A DNA stretch of 64,000 nt, taken from an uncultured Spirochaetota bacterium (GTDB taxonomy: Bacteria; Spirochaetota; Brevinematia; Brevinematales; JAOACQ01). Positions 47,439-56,527 of the stretch are shown in pieces. Numbering within the stretch: the stretch's first letter is position 1; every line of letters starts with the position of its first letter. A program made the translations under genes and the position numbers. Location: contig CAVYGN010000001.1 in NCBI GenBank assembly GCA_963768055.1, forward strand, positions 1,440,001 to 1,504,000. The letters are read 5' to 3'. The notes under the pieces were generated by a model. It saw only the letters and a program-made list of their open reading frames with translations. It made no database searches and was not told the origin of the DNA.

Positions 47439-49460
47439 TTATTTACTCTTTAAAACAAGCAGCGTTTCATCATCATGCTGAGGAGCCGTTCCGCAAAAAC
47501 TTGTCACGGATTCAAGGACCCTGTTGCAGATCTCTCTTGCACCTTCTCTTTTATTGATCCTGACAACTTCTTTAAATCTTTCCAGACCGAATTCCTCATG
47601 GTTTAAATTCATCGCTTCACTGATTCCGTCTGTATATAAAATAGCTATATCCCCTTTCTCGAGTATAGTATAACTCTGACCGTAATCGACGCCGGACATT
47701 ATCCCTATGGGCATCCCTTCCGTATCAAGAAACTCGAAGTCATCTGTAGCAGCCCTGAATAAAATTAAAGGTCCATGACCTGCATTGGTATAACTCATTA
47801 TACCTTTTTCCGCATCAAATAGCAAATAAAATCCCGTTGCATATCGGTCTTCGACAATTTCTTCTGCAATGGTATTATTTAAGCGTGCAATAACATCTTT
47901 AGTGTCCTCATTAAGAGATGCAACGGTCCGTAAAATACTGCGGATCATAACCATTATAAGTGCGGCAGGCACACCCTTGCCTGATACATCGAACATGGTA
48001 AGCACGACTTTATTGTTTCCAAAATCTATATAATCGTAATAATCTCCGCCTACTCCCTTTGCAGGAATCGAAAATCCGAAAATATCGAATTTATCCGACT
48101 GGGGAAAGGAATGAGGAATAAGAGAAGCCTGAATTTCACCCGCGACGCCAAGTTCCTTTTCAGCCTGTTTCTTTTCCAGAACCTCCTGATACATCTGGAT
48201 CTGGGTGATAGTAATGGCTGCCTGTTCCCCCAGAGTTTCAAGGAGCGACAGATCGTTTTCCTGAAAAAATTTTGAATCGTCGACAACCGAAAGGACACCG
48301 AACACCTCTTCCCTGGTCTTGAGGGGGACTGCCATAAATGAACTGACCATTATATGATCGCTTACCGTCTGAACAAACCTGTCGTCTTTGCTGACATCGG
48401 AAATGAATATCGACTGCCCGTTTTCGGCCACCTGGCCAAGCAGGCCTTCTCCAACGGCTATCTTTTCCGCTTTCAGTTTTTCTATTATTATATTTTCCGT
48501 CACTGTCAGGTTCTGAATGTTTTTCAAAGGTTTTGTAGGGGGATACAAGCCCTTAATATAATTTACCGACATCCTGTTGGTGATTTTATCCTTTATAAGT
48601 ATCACACCCCCGCGCGCATTTGTGCCTTTGACAGAATTATCCACAATAGCCCTTATTACAGTTTCGAGTTCAAATTCTTCGCTGCCGACAACAACGCTGA
48701 TCTCCTTCATAAGTTGTACAAGACTGTCTTTTTCCTTAACAAGGCTGACGATCCTTTCCTTGAGGCCTTCGATGTATCCGGTATGAGTACCGAAAGCAAA
48801 GAAACTGAATAGAATTATAGTTATGCACTGAAAGAAGAACCATATCGGGCTATGGGATAAATTAGCGGCTGTTAATAGGTTGAAAAACAGCTCGATTGTA
48901 AAAAATATGTAAATGATACGGCGGTAACTATTGATTATCCTGACCTGGCTTGTAGCCACGGAAGCCATTGAACGTGTCGATCTCCATGCCAGTACAACAA
49001 TTACAATCTTCGACACGATAAAAAGCCAGTTCCCAAGCCATGTTTTTACCGCTTCTATGAAATCGATGTTTGTTTTAAAGCCGCTTCCGCCATTCCTGAT
49101 TGAAATGTATATAATAGCCGTTGTAAATAAAACAGCCGCAAAGCCTATGCCCGCGCTTATTATTCCAACCCCGCGGGGGCTTTTCTCCTCGGCGATTTTC
49201 AGACTGGAGGTAATCAAATAATAGATCATCACTATATATAGAAACTCAAATGTCTGAAAGACAAGATAATAAAGATCGACCTTCGGTTCATGCGCCAAAC
49301 CCAGGATGATATATAGAATCGATTTTACAACTACTATCAGGAAAAAAAAGAACAGAAGCCTGAACATTCTTTCTTTATATTTAAAAGTGTCTACAAGCAT
49401 CAGTAAACCAAAGAAAAGAGCTATTACAGCTTCAATCCAGAAAACAACGCTCCAGTCCAT
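47439..49460 (-). CDS. membrane GAF-SpoIIE (RsbU-like) PP2C phosphatase
   Basis: About 7 N-terminal TM helices, GAF domain (GEGLLGQVA..SFMAVPL), VGGDYYD, DVSGKGVPAAL, NAGH, YTDGISEA and HDDET. Confidence 0.92.
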   Translation of the reverse strand: MDWSVVFWIEAVIALFFGLLMLVDTFKYKERMFRLLFFFFLIVVVKSILYIILGLAHEPKVDLYYLVFQTFEFLYIVMIYYLITSSLKIAEEKSPRGVGIISAGIGFAAVLFTTAIIYISIRNGGSGFKTNIDFIEAVKTWLGNWLFIVSKIVIVVLAWRSTRSMASVATSQVRIINSYRRIIYIFFTIELFFNLLTAANLSHSPIWFFFQCITIILFSFFAFGTHTGYIEGLKERIVSLVKEKDSLVQLMKEISVVVGSEEFELETVIRAIVDNSVKGTNARGGVILIKDKITNRMSVNYIKGLYPPTKPLKNIQNLTVTENIIIEKLKAEKIAVGEGLLGQVAENGQSIFISDVSKDDRFVQTVSDHIMVSSFMAVPLKTREEVFGVLSVVDDSKFFQENDLSLLETLGEQAAITITQIQMYQEVLEKKQAEKELGVAGEIQASLIPHSFPQSDKFDIFGFSIPAKGVGGDYYDYIDFGNNKVVLTMFDVSGKGVPAALIMVMIRSILRTVASLNEDTKDVIARLNNTIAEEIVEDRYATGFYLLFDAEKGIMSYTNAGHGPLILFRAATDDFEFLDTEGMPIGIMSGVDYGQSYTILEKGDIAILYTDGISEAMNLNHEEFGLERFKEVVRINKREGAREICNRVLESVTSFCGTAPQHDDETLLVLKSK

Positions 49461-49484
49461 TGCGCCCTCCTGACAGCGATTGAA

Positions 49485-51410
49485 CTAATATCCTAAAATC
49501 CTTTTTAAATTTGTCAAGTATTTTGGTGACAAATACAAACTTTTTATAGCATATTTATTTTGAAGGGAATCATAATTCCTTTCCTTGTAATTACTAACAA
49601 CACTAATATCTGAAGAGTAATCACGTAAATTTTTGATTTTTAAAATTGAAAGCGGCCTGAGTTCCCCCTGGCTTGTATCGAAAGCGGCCATATTATCGCT
49701 GTTGGTAATGCCGTCCAGTGCACCCGCGGACAAATAATAAACTCCAGGGGAAGATTCGCCTCCGATAATCCAGATGGACGGAAGAACCCTGTCCATCCAA
49801 TCCAAAAAGCGGTTTACCGAATTGTTCATTTCTTCCATTTTATAATTAACTGACAGAGAATCTATCAGCTTACCGTTTTTATCGAATAATTTAAACTGCA
49901 GATATGACTGCGATTTATCAAGGTCGCCTATAACAAAGAAGCTGTAATTGTTCACCCTTAAATATTCCATTACGGTATTAATACCCTGTTCTTTTCGGTA
50001 ATCTATTGTTGAGAACTTGAATTTACCGTAATATAAGGAATTATATAAAACCATATCAGAATAAACATTCGGAAAATTAAAATAATCGCTCCTGATGATG
50101 ATCAAACCTTTATAATAGAAGTAATCAGGTTTTTCAAGAATTATCCTGTTATTTGTTATCATCCAGTCATAGTTTTCAAGTTTATCCTGGACTTTATAGC
50201 TTCTGTCGGCCTTTGAAAGCGATTTCAACTCCTGATAAGCGTCATAATAATTTTTATTTTGTTCAAAATAATTAACGAGATTTTCCCTAGGTTCGACCGA
50301 TAAGGGGTATAATGTGACAGCCCTTTTAAGGTTTAAAAAATATGATCTATTCTCTCCTTTTTTTAAATCTTCAATTGAAGAGTCCGCATGAAAAGTTGAA
50401 AGTTCCTGTCTTTCCGGCGAATCGACTTTGAAATTATTCAATACGAAATATTCAAAAGCGCTTCTTACGAATTGATTTCCGGGTTCGATTGACAGCGATT
50501 CTTTGTAATTATCGACCGATTTGGCGGGATCGATCGTTTCATAAGCGAAAGCCAGTTTATAAAACAATCCGCTCCTGAAATATTTATCTTTCTCTTGGCC
50601 GTTGTCCCTTATCCATAAATATTTTTCAATAGCCTTGTCATACCCTTTGCCCGTAATTATTGCCTTGTTAAGATAGCAGTCGGCTAAAAGCAGGATCCCG
50701 GAATAGAAATTATTAAACAGTTTCTCCCCGCTTTCAAGGAGGGATATTGCTTCGTCAAAATCGTTAACGGACCTGTAATAATCGGCAAGAGTGACATAAA
50801 CAAGTCTTTCAGTGGGATTAAGGGCCAGCGCCTTGCGGAAATATTCCCTGGCTTCATCGGGTTTGCCGGTCTTAAGATAATAATTTCCGAAAGATATATA
50901 ATTTTTCCAATAATTTTTATTTATCCTGTCGGCTTTACCCAGCATTGAAAGAGAAAGAGGTAATTTATTCATTTTCATGTAAAGTTCCGCCATATTGCGG
51001 TAAACCTCGACATAGGCCGGAAAATTAGAGACAATATGATTATAGATTTCAACAGACTGGTCATACTGTCCCAGATCACGATATGAATTCGCCAGGATAA
51101 GGAGTGCATCCGGATCGTTATTTGCATATTTTAATGCATTTTGAGAATTTTCCAGACTAGACTGAAATTCACCGAGTGCAAAATATACAAGAGCCATATA
51201 TTTATAAGCGTCGCCGTAATAAGGATTGATTTCGAGAGCGTTTCTGAAAGAATCTATGGCTTCAAAATATTTTTCCTGGTTATATAAATTTATACCGGCG
51301 TCCAGATAAATTTTCGCATTTCCAGCTGATTCATCCGGATAGACAAAATCAAAACGAAAGGCTGATGCAAATATAATGAAAAGCGACACAATTAATGCTG
51401 AATATTTCAC
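49485..51410 (-). CDS. tetratricopeptide repeat protein, exported
   Basis: Signal peptide and multiple TPR units (AIDSFRNALEINP, ALLILANSYRDLGQY). Confidence 0.85.
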   Translation of the reverse strand: MKYSALIVSLFIIFASAFRFDFVYPDESAGNAKIYLDAGINLYNQEKYFEAIDSFRNALEINPYYGDAYKYMALVYFALGEFQSSLENSQNALKYANNDPDALLILANSYRDLGQYDQSVEIYNHIVSNFPAYVEVYRNMAELYMKMNKLPLSLSMLGKADRINKNYWKNYISFGNYYLKTGKPDEAREYFRKALALNPTERLVYVTLADYYRSVNDFDEAISLLESGEKLFNNFYSGILLLADCYLNKAIITGKGYDKAIEKYLWIRDNGQEKDKYFRSGLFYKLAFAYETIDPAKSVDNYKESLSIEPGNQFVRSAFEYFVLNNFKVDSPERQELSTFHADSSIEDLKKGENRSYFLNLKRAVTLYPLSVEPRENLVNYFEQNKNYYDAYQELKSLSKADRSYKVQDKLENYDWMITNNRIILEKPDYFYYKGLIIIRSDYFNFPNVYSDMVLYNSLYYGKFKFSTIDYRKEQGINTVMEYLRVNNYSFFVIGDLDKSQSYLQFKLFDKNGKLIDSLSVNYKMEEMNNSVNRFLDWMDRVLPSIWIIGGESSPGVYYLSAGALDGITNSDNMAAFDTSQGELRPLSILKIKNLRDYSSDISVVSNYKERNYDSLQNKYAIKSLYLSPKYLTNLKRILGY

Positions 51411-52321
51411 GTCTTTCCGGCCCCATCCTGGCTTGCTCCGCCGTTTACAGACTCAATATTTTTTAGAGAATTCTGAAGCATTTCAGTTTCTTCTCCGATT
51501 TTTTCGTAAATATCCTTGGCAAAATTAAGCAGGACCTCCGGTTTATCCTTAGCCTTTTTACCAATTCCAAAAACTTTGCTTAAAATTCTTTTTATATCCT
51601 CATATGTTTTAAGCTTTTCATAAGGATCTTCAATCAGGTGTGAATTTTTGAATTTAAGCACAGCGCTCACGTATAACACGCCGTCGTACCCGAAATTTTT
51701 ATCTGAATCAGGGCCGAGTGACCTGACATTTTCCATGGGTTCGATGGCTTTTGATTGGTTGAGTATAGCCAGCTCGTAAAAATCCAGAGCCTTTTTACAA
51801 AATAATTGCGAAAGTTCCTGGTATTTTGTATCATTGGTTTGCTGGTAAAGATCCGTAAAAAGCCATGAGGCCCTCAGGTAATAAATCCCGATTTTTATAG
51901 TGGGAGAAAATTTCTTTTTATCAAAAAAGGGATAGGAGCTTATGGCTAAAATATAGCTGGAAATACCGCCGATCAAGTCACGGTTTTCCTTGTAAGAAGG
52001 CAATTTTCCGAAGATCTTTATCAGGTAGCCTGCTCTGACATCCTTATAATTATTCAGGCTCTGAATTCCCTTGGGCGATATGTTCAGAAAATCGTTGTCC
52101 TCCGCCGCAAAAAGGCAGTTCGGGCAGACTGTTACAGGATAAAGAAGTGGATTGATCTTACCGAACTTTTTAGTCGGGAGGTAAGTCCTGCGGAGCTCGT
52201 TTGTAAGTTCGCCGGCTGAAAGCCTGCCCCTGCCTGTTAGAAGTTCTTCCCTTTTAAAGGTCGTGCTGCATAAAGGGCATTCGATATCATTCTTTGAAAA
52301 AAAAGTAATTTCTTCAGCCAT
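51407..52321 (-). CDS. DUF2225 domain protein
   Basis: ECPLC..F..GRGRL..LT.ELRR, NPLLYPVTVCPNC and GPDSDKNFGYDG. Confidence 0.8.
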   Translation of the reverse strand: MAEEITFFSKNDIECPLCSTTFKREELLTGRGRLSAGELTNELRRTYLPTKKFGKINPLLYPVTVCPNCLFAAEDNDFLNISPKGIQSLNNYKDVRAGYLIKIFGKLPSYKENRDLIGGISSYILAISSYPFFDKKKFSPTIKIGIYYLRASWLFTDLYQQTNDTKYQELSQLFCKKALDFYELAILNQSKAIEPMENVRSLGPDSDKNFGYDGVLYVSAVLKFKNSHLIEDPYEKLKTYEDIKRILSKVFGIGKKAKDKPEVLLNFAKDIYEKIGEETEMLQNSLKNIESVNGGASQDGAGKT

Positions 52322-52329
52322 AATATTAC

Positions 52330-52461
52330 CTATTTAAAAAAACTATCGGAAATATTTACCAGCAGGTTTTGTGGAATGAAAATCATGACTAAAAAAATAA
52401 ACAGCAATACCATAATTATAATTGTAACCGGGTCTCGAAAAATATTTTTAGAAAGGTACAT
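52330..52461 (-). CDS. possible small membrane protein (43 aa)
   Basis: MYLSKNIFRDPVTIIIMVLLFIFLVMIFIP, a single TM helix that fills the gap inside the operon. Confidence 0.35.
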   Translation of the reverse strand: MYLSKNIFRDPVTIIIMVLLFIFLVMIFIPQNLLVNISDSFFK

Positions 52462-53110
52462 AAATATCCTCCAGTTGAAGAACATTCTCATATAATTCAT
52501 TCTCGTCATCGGATGGAAGTGACGGGACTGTCTCATAGCCGAATATCTTATCATATTTATCAAAAGTTTTATCTATCCTTATTGTCATGACAAAATTTCT
52601 TTTCCCATAAGGGGGATTTGCGGATAGCGGTTTCGGGGCAAATGAAAAAATACCTTCATCACGGGGCAATATTTCCACCGGGTTTTTCCAGAGTTCAAAC
52701 ATCGGCACAGCAGTATTGTTATCTATCAAAAGCGATACGCTTGCCTCACTAACCGGGAGCATTAACTTTGAAGAAATTATTTTTCCGTATATCTTCGGGA
52801 AAATATAATATAGTTTGTCCCTTTCAAGGCTTTCCGATACAGGGTTCTGGATTGAAGACTTAATAATTATTTTAAGAGCTTCAGAAATTCTGAGCATGAT
52901 ATCGGCGACAAATTGGGGGTCTTTTTGATTTTTTAGTATAATATTGTTAAACCCCTTATTACTTGTTATATACATCGGCTTGAGCCTGTTAAGGACATAG
53001 GCAGCAATCTCCTTTTTCTTGTTTTTATCAAGTTCCCCTTTTTTAGATTCGTCGAGGTTATCGATCAGGTCAAAAACCATATCCTCTACTATATTCTTCA
53101 ACTCAACCAT
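52448..53110 (-). CDS. ComFB family protein
   Basis: LKNIVEDMV..EIAAYVLNRLKPMYITS with a C-terminal beta-rich extension. Confidence 0.75.
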   Translation of the reverse strand: MVELKNIVEDMVFDLIDNLDESKKGELDKNKKKEIAAYVLNRLKPMYITSNKGFNNIILKNQKDPQFVADIMLRISEALKIIIKSSIQNPVSESLERDKLYYIFPKIYGKIISSKLMLPVSEASVSLLIDNNTAVPMFELWKNPVEILPRDEGIFSFAPKPLSANPPYGKRNFVMTIRIDKTFDKYDKIFGYETVPSLPSDDENELYENVLQLEDIYVPF

Positions 53111-53221
53111 ATTCAGTCACCTGCTTTATATTTTAATTCATGAATGCCAAATGTCAAATTTGCTTTTGAACTATTTGTCCTTTAGAATAATCCAACCGTG
53201 AAACTATCTTAAGCAAAGGCC

Positions 53222-53341
53222 GTCATTTCGAGGAGCGAAGCGTTTATCCCCGTGAGGGGGGACGAGGAATCCTCCTCTGGGAAGATTTCTCCCCACCCTT
53301 TATAGGGGATGGGGCGGGATAAACTCTTCGGTCGAAATGAC
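53222..53341. repeat. palindromic GTCATTTCGA..TCGAAATGAC repeat element
   Basis: Outer IR 53222-53231 / 53332-53341, inner IR GTTTATCCC / GGGATAAAC and a CCCCA..TGGGG hairpin. Confidence 0.7.
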
Positions 53342-53361
53342 AATTTGGGGAGGTTGCATTT

Positions 53362-54222
53362 TTGCCTCAAAAAAAAATAAGTATCGATCCTTCCAGGCAG
53401 ATTGAGATTTCTATTATCTTAAAAAAGAAAAATTTCATGATCCTCGATAATGACTATGCTTTCTGGAGAGCAATATCGAGCGGTATAAGTATTATATTTT
53501 ATAAAAATGGAAGCGTACTTTTTCAAGGGAGCGATAGCTCAATAAATGAAATTCTAACTGCTATCGAGGGATTTTTATCCCCTGCGGATGAAAATACACG
53601 ATTGAAATACCCTGTCCTTGGCCTTGATGAGTCGGGAAAAGGAGATTACTTCGGCCCTCTGGTTCTATCTGCGGCGCTTCTAGGTGCAGTCGAAGAGAAA
53701 GAAGCGATAAGAAAGGGAGTAATGGATTCAAAAAAAATTACCGACCGTTCCATAAGGAAAATCTATTCAGAGATAAAAGGTTCAATTGCTCATAAAGTCA
53801 GGATCATAGAACCGCAGGAATATAATGTGTTGTATAAAAAATTCGGAAACCTGAATCTGCTTATGGCTTCCGAATACGCAGAACTTGTCAGGAAATTTCA
53901 TGGACAATCCTTCAATACCGTCATACTCGATAAATTTTCAAATTCCGAATCCCTTAACAGGGGATTCAGGGAAAACATTAATTGTGAAACAATTATTGTT
54001 GAAAAGGGTGAACGATATACATCGGTAGCCGCAGCCTCTGTTTTCGCCCGTTTTTGTTTTATTAATTGGATTGATGAAAAATCGTCCATGCTCGGATATA
54101 TTCTTCCCAAGGGAAGCGGGAATAACGCATCAAGACTTTTTCAAAATTTGAAATCGGAAATGTCTCCGGAAAATTTTGAAAGCATAGCCAAAATTCATTT
54201 CAAGGTGAAAGATTTGCAGTGA
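53362..54222 (+). CDS. rnhC: ribonuclease HIII
   Basis: N-terminal FYKNGSVLFQG domain, GLDESGKGDYFGPLV, DSKK, DKF, KGE..VAAASVFAR, LPKG and AKIHF. Confidence 0.9.
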   Translation: MPQKKISIDPSRQIEISIILKKKNFMILDNDYAFWRAISSGISIIFYKNGSVLFQGSDSSINEILTAIEGFLSPADENTRLKYPVLGLDESGKGDYFGPLVLSAALLGAVEEKEAIRKGVMDSKKITDRSIRKIYSEIKGSIAHKVRIIEPQEYNVLYKKFGNLNLLMASEYAELVRKFHGQSFNTVILDKFSNSESLNRGFRENINCETIIVEKGERYTSVAAASVFARFCFINWIDEKSSMLGYILPKGSGNNASRLFQNLKSEMSPENFESIAKIHFKVKDLQ

Positions 54223-54287
54223 AACCGCAGTTTGCTGGTGGGCCCATTATTAAGGGCGGAAGGTATTAGGAACACCCTTACATAAAA

Positions 54288-54316
54288 TTGACTTAATTCA
54301 TCTGAAAATCTATAAT
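54288..54316 (+). promoter_or_regulatory. sigma70-type promoter
   Basis: TTGACT-N17-TATAAT. Confidence 0.7.
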
Positions 54317-54342
54317 TTTAGTACTATCTTATATTTGGAGGT

Positions 54343-54771
54343 ATGGCGATGTTGGGGGTAGTTTTATTTACTTTCGCACTGTTATTTTATGGCGTTATTT
54401 TATCGGGGGAAGCTGCTGTAAAGGCTTTTCCGGGCAGTAAAGGTTTTTTTGAAAAAATCGATGATTTTATTGAAAAAGGGGCGACAAAAATATTTTTAGC
54501 GCTTATTTGCCTGATAGTCGGTATCTGGAATCTATTCGCACCTAATTTCATCGCTACTAACGCGCCCGTTCTGGGGGCCTTTATTCCATCGCTGGTCCTC
54601 TGCGCCGACAGCGCTGTTATCTACCCCGGTATGGTTGAAATCCTGAATATTCCGGACAATACAAAGGCGAAATATTACGAATTCGTGGAAAAATATAAAG
54701 GCATGGCAGGAATTGTTACATTATTTTTCGGGCTTCTTCACCCGATCTTATTCAGGCAGATACTTTTCTGA
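54343..54771 (+). CDS. hypothetical membrane protein
   Basis: GGAGG SD and four hydrophobic segments. Confidence 0.7.
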   Translation: MAMLGVVLFTFALLFYGVILSGEAAVKAFPGSKGFFEKIDDFIEKGATKIFLALICLIVGIWNLFAPNFIATNAPVLGAFIPSLVLCADSAVIYPGMVEILNIPDNTKAKYYEFVEKYKGMAGIVTLFFGLLHPILFRQILF

Positions 54772-54782
54772 TCCCGCTTTAT

Positions 54783-54853
54783 GCGGCCATCGTACAGTGG
54801 CAGTACCTTAGCCTTCCAAGCTAATGGCGCGGGTTCGATTCCCGCTGGCCGCT
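54783..54853 (+). tRNA. tRNA-Gly(TCC)
   Basis: GCGGCCATCGTACAGTGGCAGTACCTTAGCCT-TCC-AAGCTAATGGCGCGGGTTCGATTCCCGCTGGCCGCT. Confidence 0.95.
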
Positions 54854-54877
54854 ATAATAATAAATGGAAATTACTTA

Positions 54878-56527
54878 ATGTCGCCCCTATCCTCGGTTTT
54901 AAAAAAATTCGGTTTCTTATTTATAATCATATTGTCCCTCTTTTTGTTCCTTTTAATTTTTCCAATAGGGTCAAGCCGGTATTTTTTAATCAATCTTGAA
55001 GAAGAAAAGCTGAGATTATCATATGAGTCTTTAAGCGCTCCCATCGGCGAATTTCTTTTAAATAATAAAAGCAATGATATTATAAAAACGATCAGAGTTT
55101 ATTCCGAGAAAAAAGGCGACGGGTTAACAGTCAATAATACCGGCGGTAATCTTTCCTTTCATTCTGATAAACATCCCTTGTTTTCCAATGTTTCAATATC
55201 AGTACCCCTGATAAAGAATGAAAAACTTATAGGCACTATCATCATCGATCACTTTTCACCGGCTGTAGAATCGGATTATAATGAAATCATAATGGAAACA
55301 TTACTTATATTTACGGTTTTGCTCTTCCTTTTATCGGCCGGAGTGTTCCGATTATCAGGTTCCTTCGCGCATTTTAAAAATGAAATGATCGGAGCAATGA
55401 AAACCTTCGCGGACGGTAACAATACCATCAGGATATTCCCCCGTTCAAAGGGTTATATCAAGGATTTTACCGACAGCTTCAATAATCTGGCCGATACGTT
55501 ATCGTCAAATATTTCCGGTCTTATTAAAGAAAAGGAGGAACTTCAGACTATAGTTTCTTCAATCTCTTCGGGCATTGCCGTTCTTGATAAAAAGGGTAAA
55601 ATTATCCTCGCGAACGAGGTTTTCATGGAAATGTTCAATAATACAGGGTCCGCCGGCCGTTTTTATTGGGAAGTCATTATAAATGCGAAATTCAGCGACC
55701 TTATCTCAAAGATAGGGGACGAAAATACCTCGCTGTCGGGAGAAATCACATATATCAACAGGACTTACAGGGTTCATCTTTCTTTCGTACCCAGGACATC
55801 CGAAACAATCATAATTTTCTATGATTTAACGGACATAAAAAACCTTGAAAAAATAAAAAAGGATTTCGTGGATAATGTTTCCCATGAACTTAAAACCCCT
55901 CTTACATCAATTAAGGGTTTCACGGAATCCCTCCTTGAAGAGGAAAAAGATACAGATAAAAAACACATACTGGAAATTATTTTGAGGAATACCGTCAGGC
56001 TGGACAATATTGTAAGAGATCTGCTCAGCCTCTCCGAACTTGAAGAAACTTCGATCGCTATAAATAATGAAAAAGTAAACCTCCCCGGGATTTTTAAGAA
56101 CATCAAAGACATTTTTTCAATCCCGTTAAAAATGAAAAACCTGGCTCTCGATATAATAATCGATGAAGCTCTTCCTGAAATAGATGGAGATCCTTTTAAA
56201 ATCGAACAGCTGTTCGTGAATTTGATCGATAACGCCATAAAGTATACGGATACCGGCAGGGTGTCTGTCAGGGCTTATCCCGTTGACGATTCTGTGATAG
56301 CGGAAATCGCAGATACCGGACCCGGCATACCCGAAGAACATATTCCACGCCTTTTCGAACGGTTTTATGTCGTAAACAAGGCGCGTTCAAAAAGTCTCGG
56401 GGGTACGGGACTGGGGTTGTCTATTGTAAAACATATTCTTCTCCTTCACCGGGGAAAGATCAGTGTGGAGAGCCGTCCGGGCAGGGGGACAAAATTTATT
56501 ATAACGCTGCCTTTAAGGGCGTCTTAG
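54878..56527 (+). CDS. PhoR-like sensor histidine kinase (HAMP-PAS-HisKA-HATPase)
   Basis: FVDNVSHELKTPLTSIKG, NLIDNAIKY, DTGPGI, FERFY and GGTGLGLSIVKH. Confidence 0.93.
   Translation: MSPLSSVLKKFGFLFIIILSLFLFLLIFPIGSSRYFLINLEEEKLRLSYESLSAPIGEFLLNNKSNDIIKTIRVYSEKKGDGLTVNNTGGNLSFHSDKHPLFSNVSISVPLIKNEKLIGTIIIDHFSPAVESDYNEIIMETLLIFTVLLFLLSAGVFRLSGSFAHFKNEMIGAMKTFADGNNTIRIFPRSKGYIKDFTDSFNNLADTLSSNISGLIKEKEELQTIVSSISSGIAVLDKKGKIILANEVFMEMFNNTGSAGRFYWEVIINAKFSDLISKIGDENTSLSGEITYINRTYRVHLSFVPRTSETIIIFYDLTDIKNLEKIKKDFVDNVSHELKTPLTSIKGFTESLLEEEKDTDKKHILEIILRNTVRLDNIVRDLLSLSELEETSIAINNEKVNLPGIFKNIKDIFSIPLKMKNLALDIIIDEALPEIDGDPFKIEQLFVNLIDNAIKYTDTGRVSVRAYPVDDSVIAEIADTGPGIPEEHIPRLFERFYVVNKARSKSLGGTGLGLSIVKHILLLHRGKISVESRPGRGTKFIITLPLRAS

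Noticed and set aside
54781..54999. 72-aa ORF and the 54824 upstream start of the kinase
   Set aside because: Both overlap tRNA-Gly.
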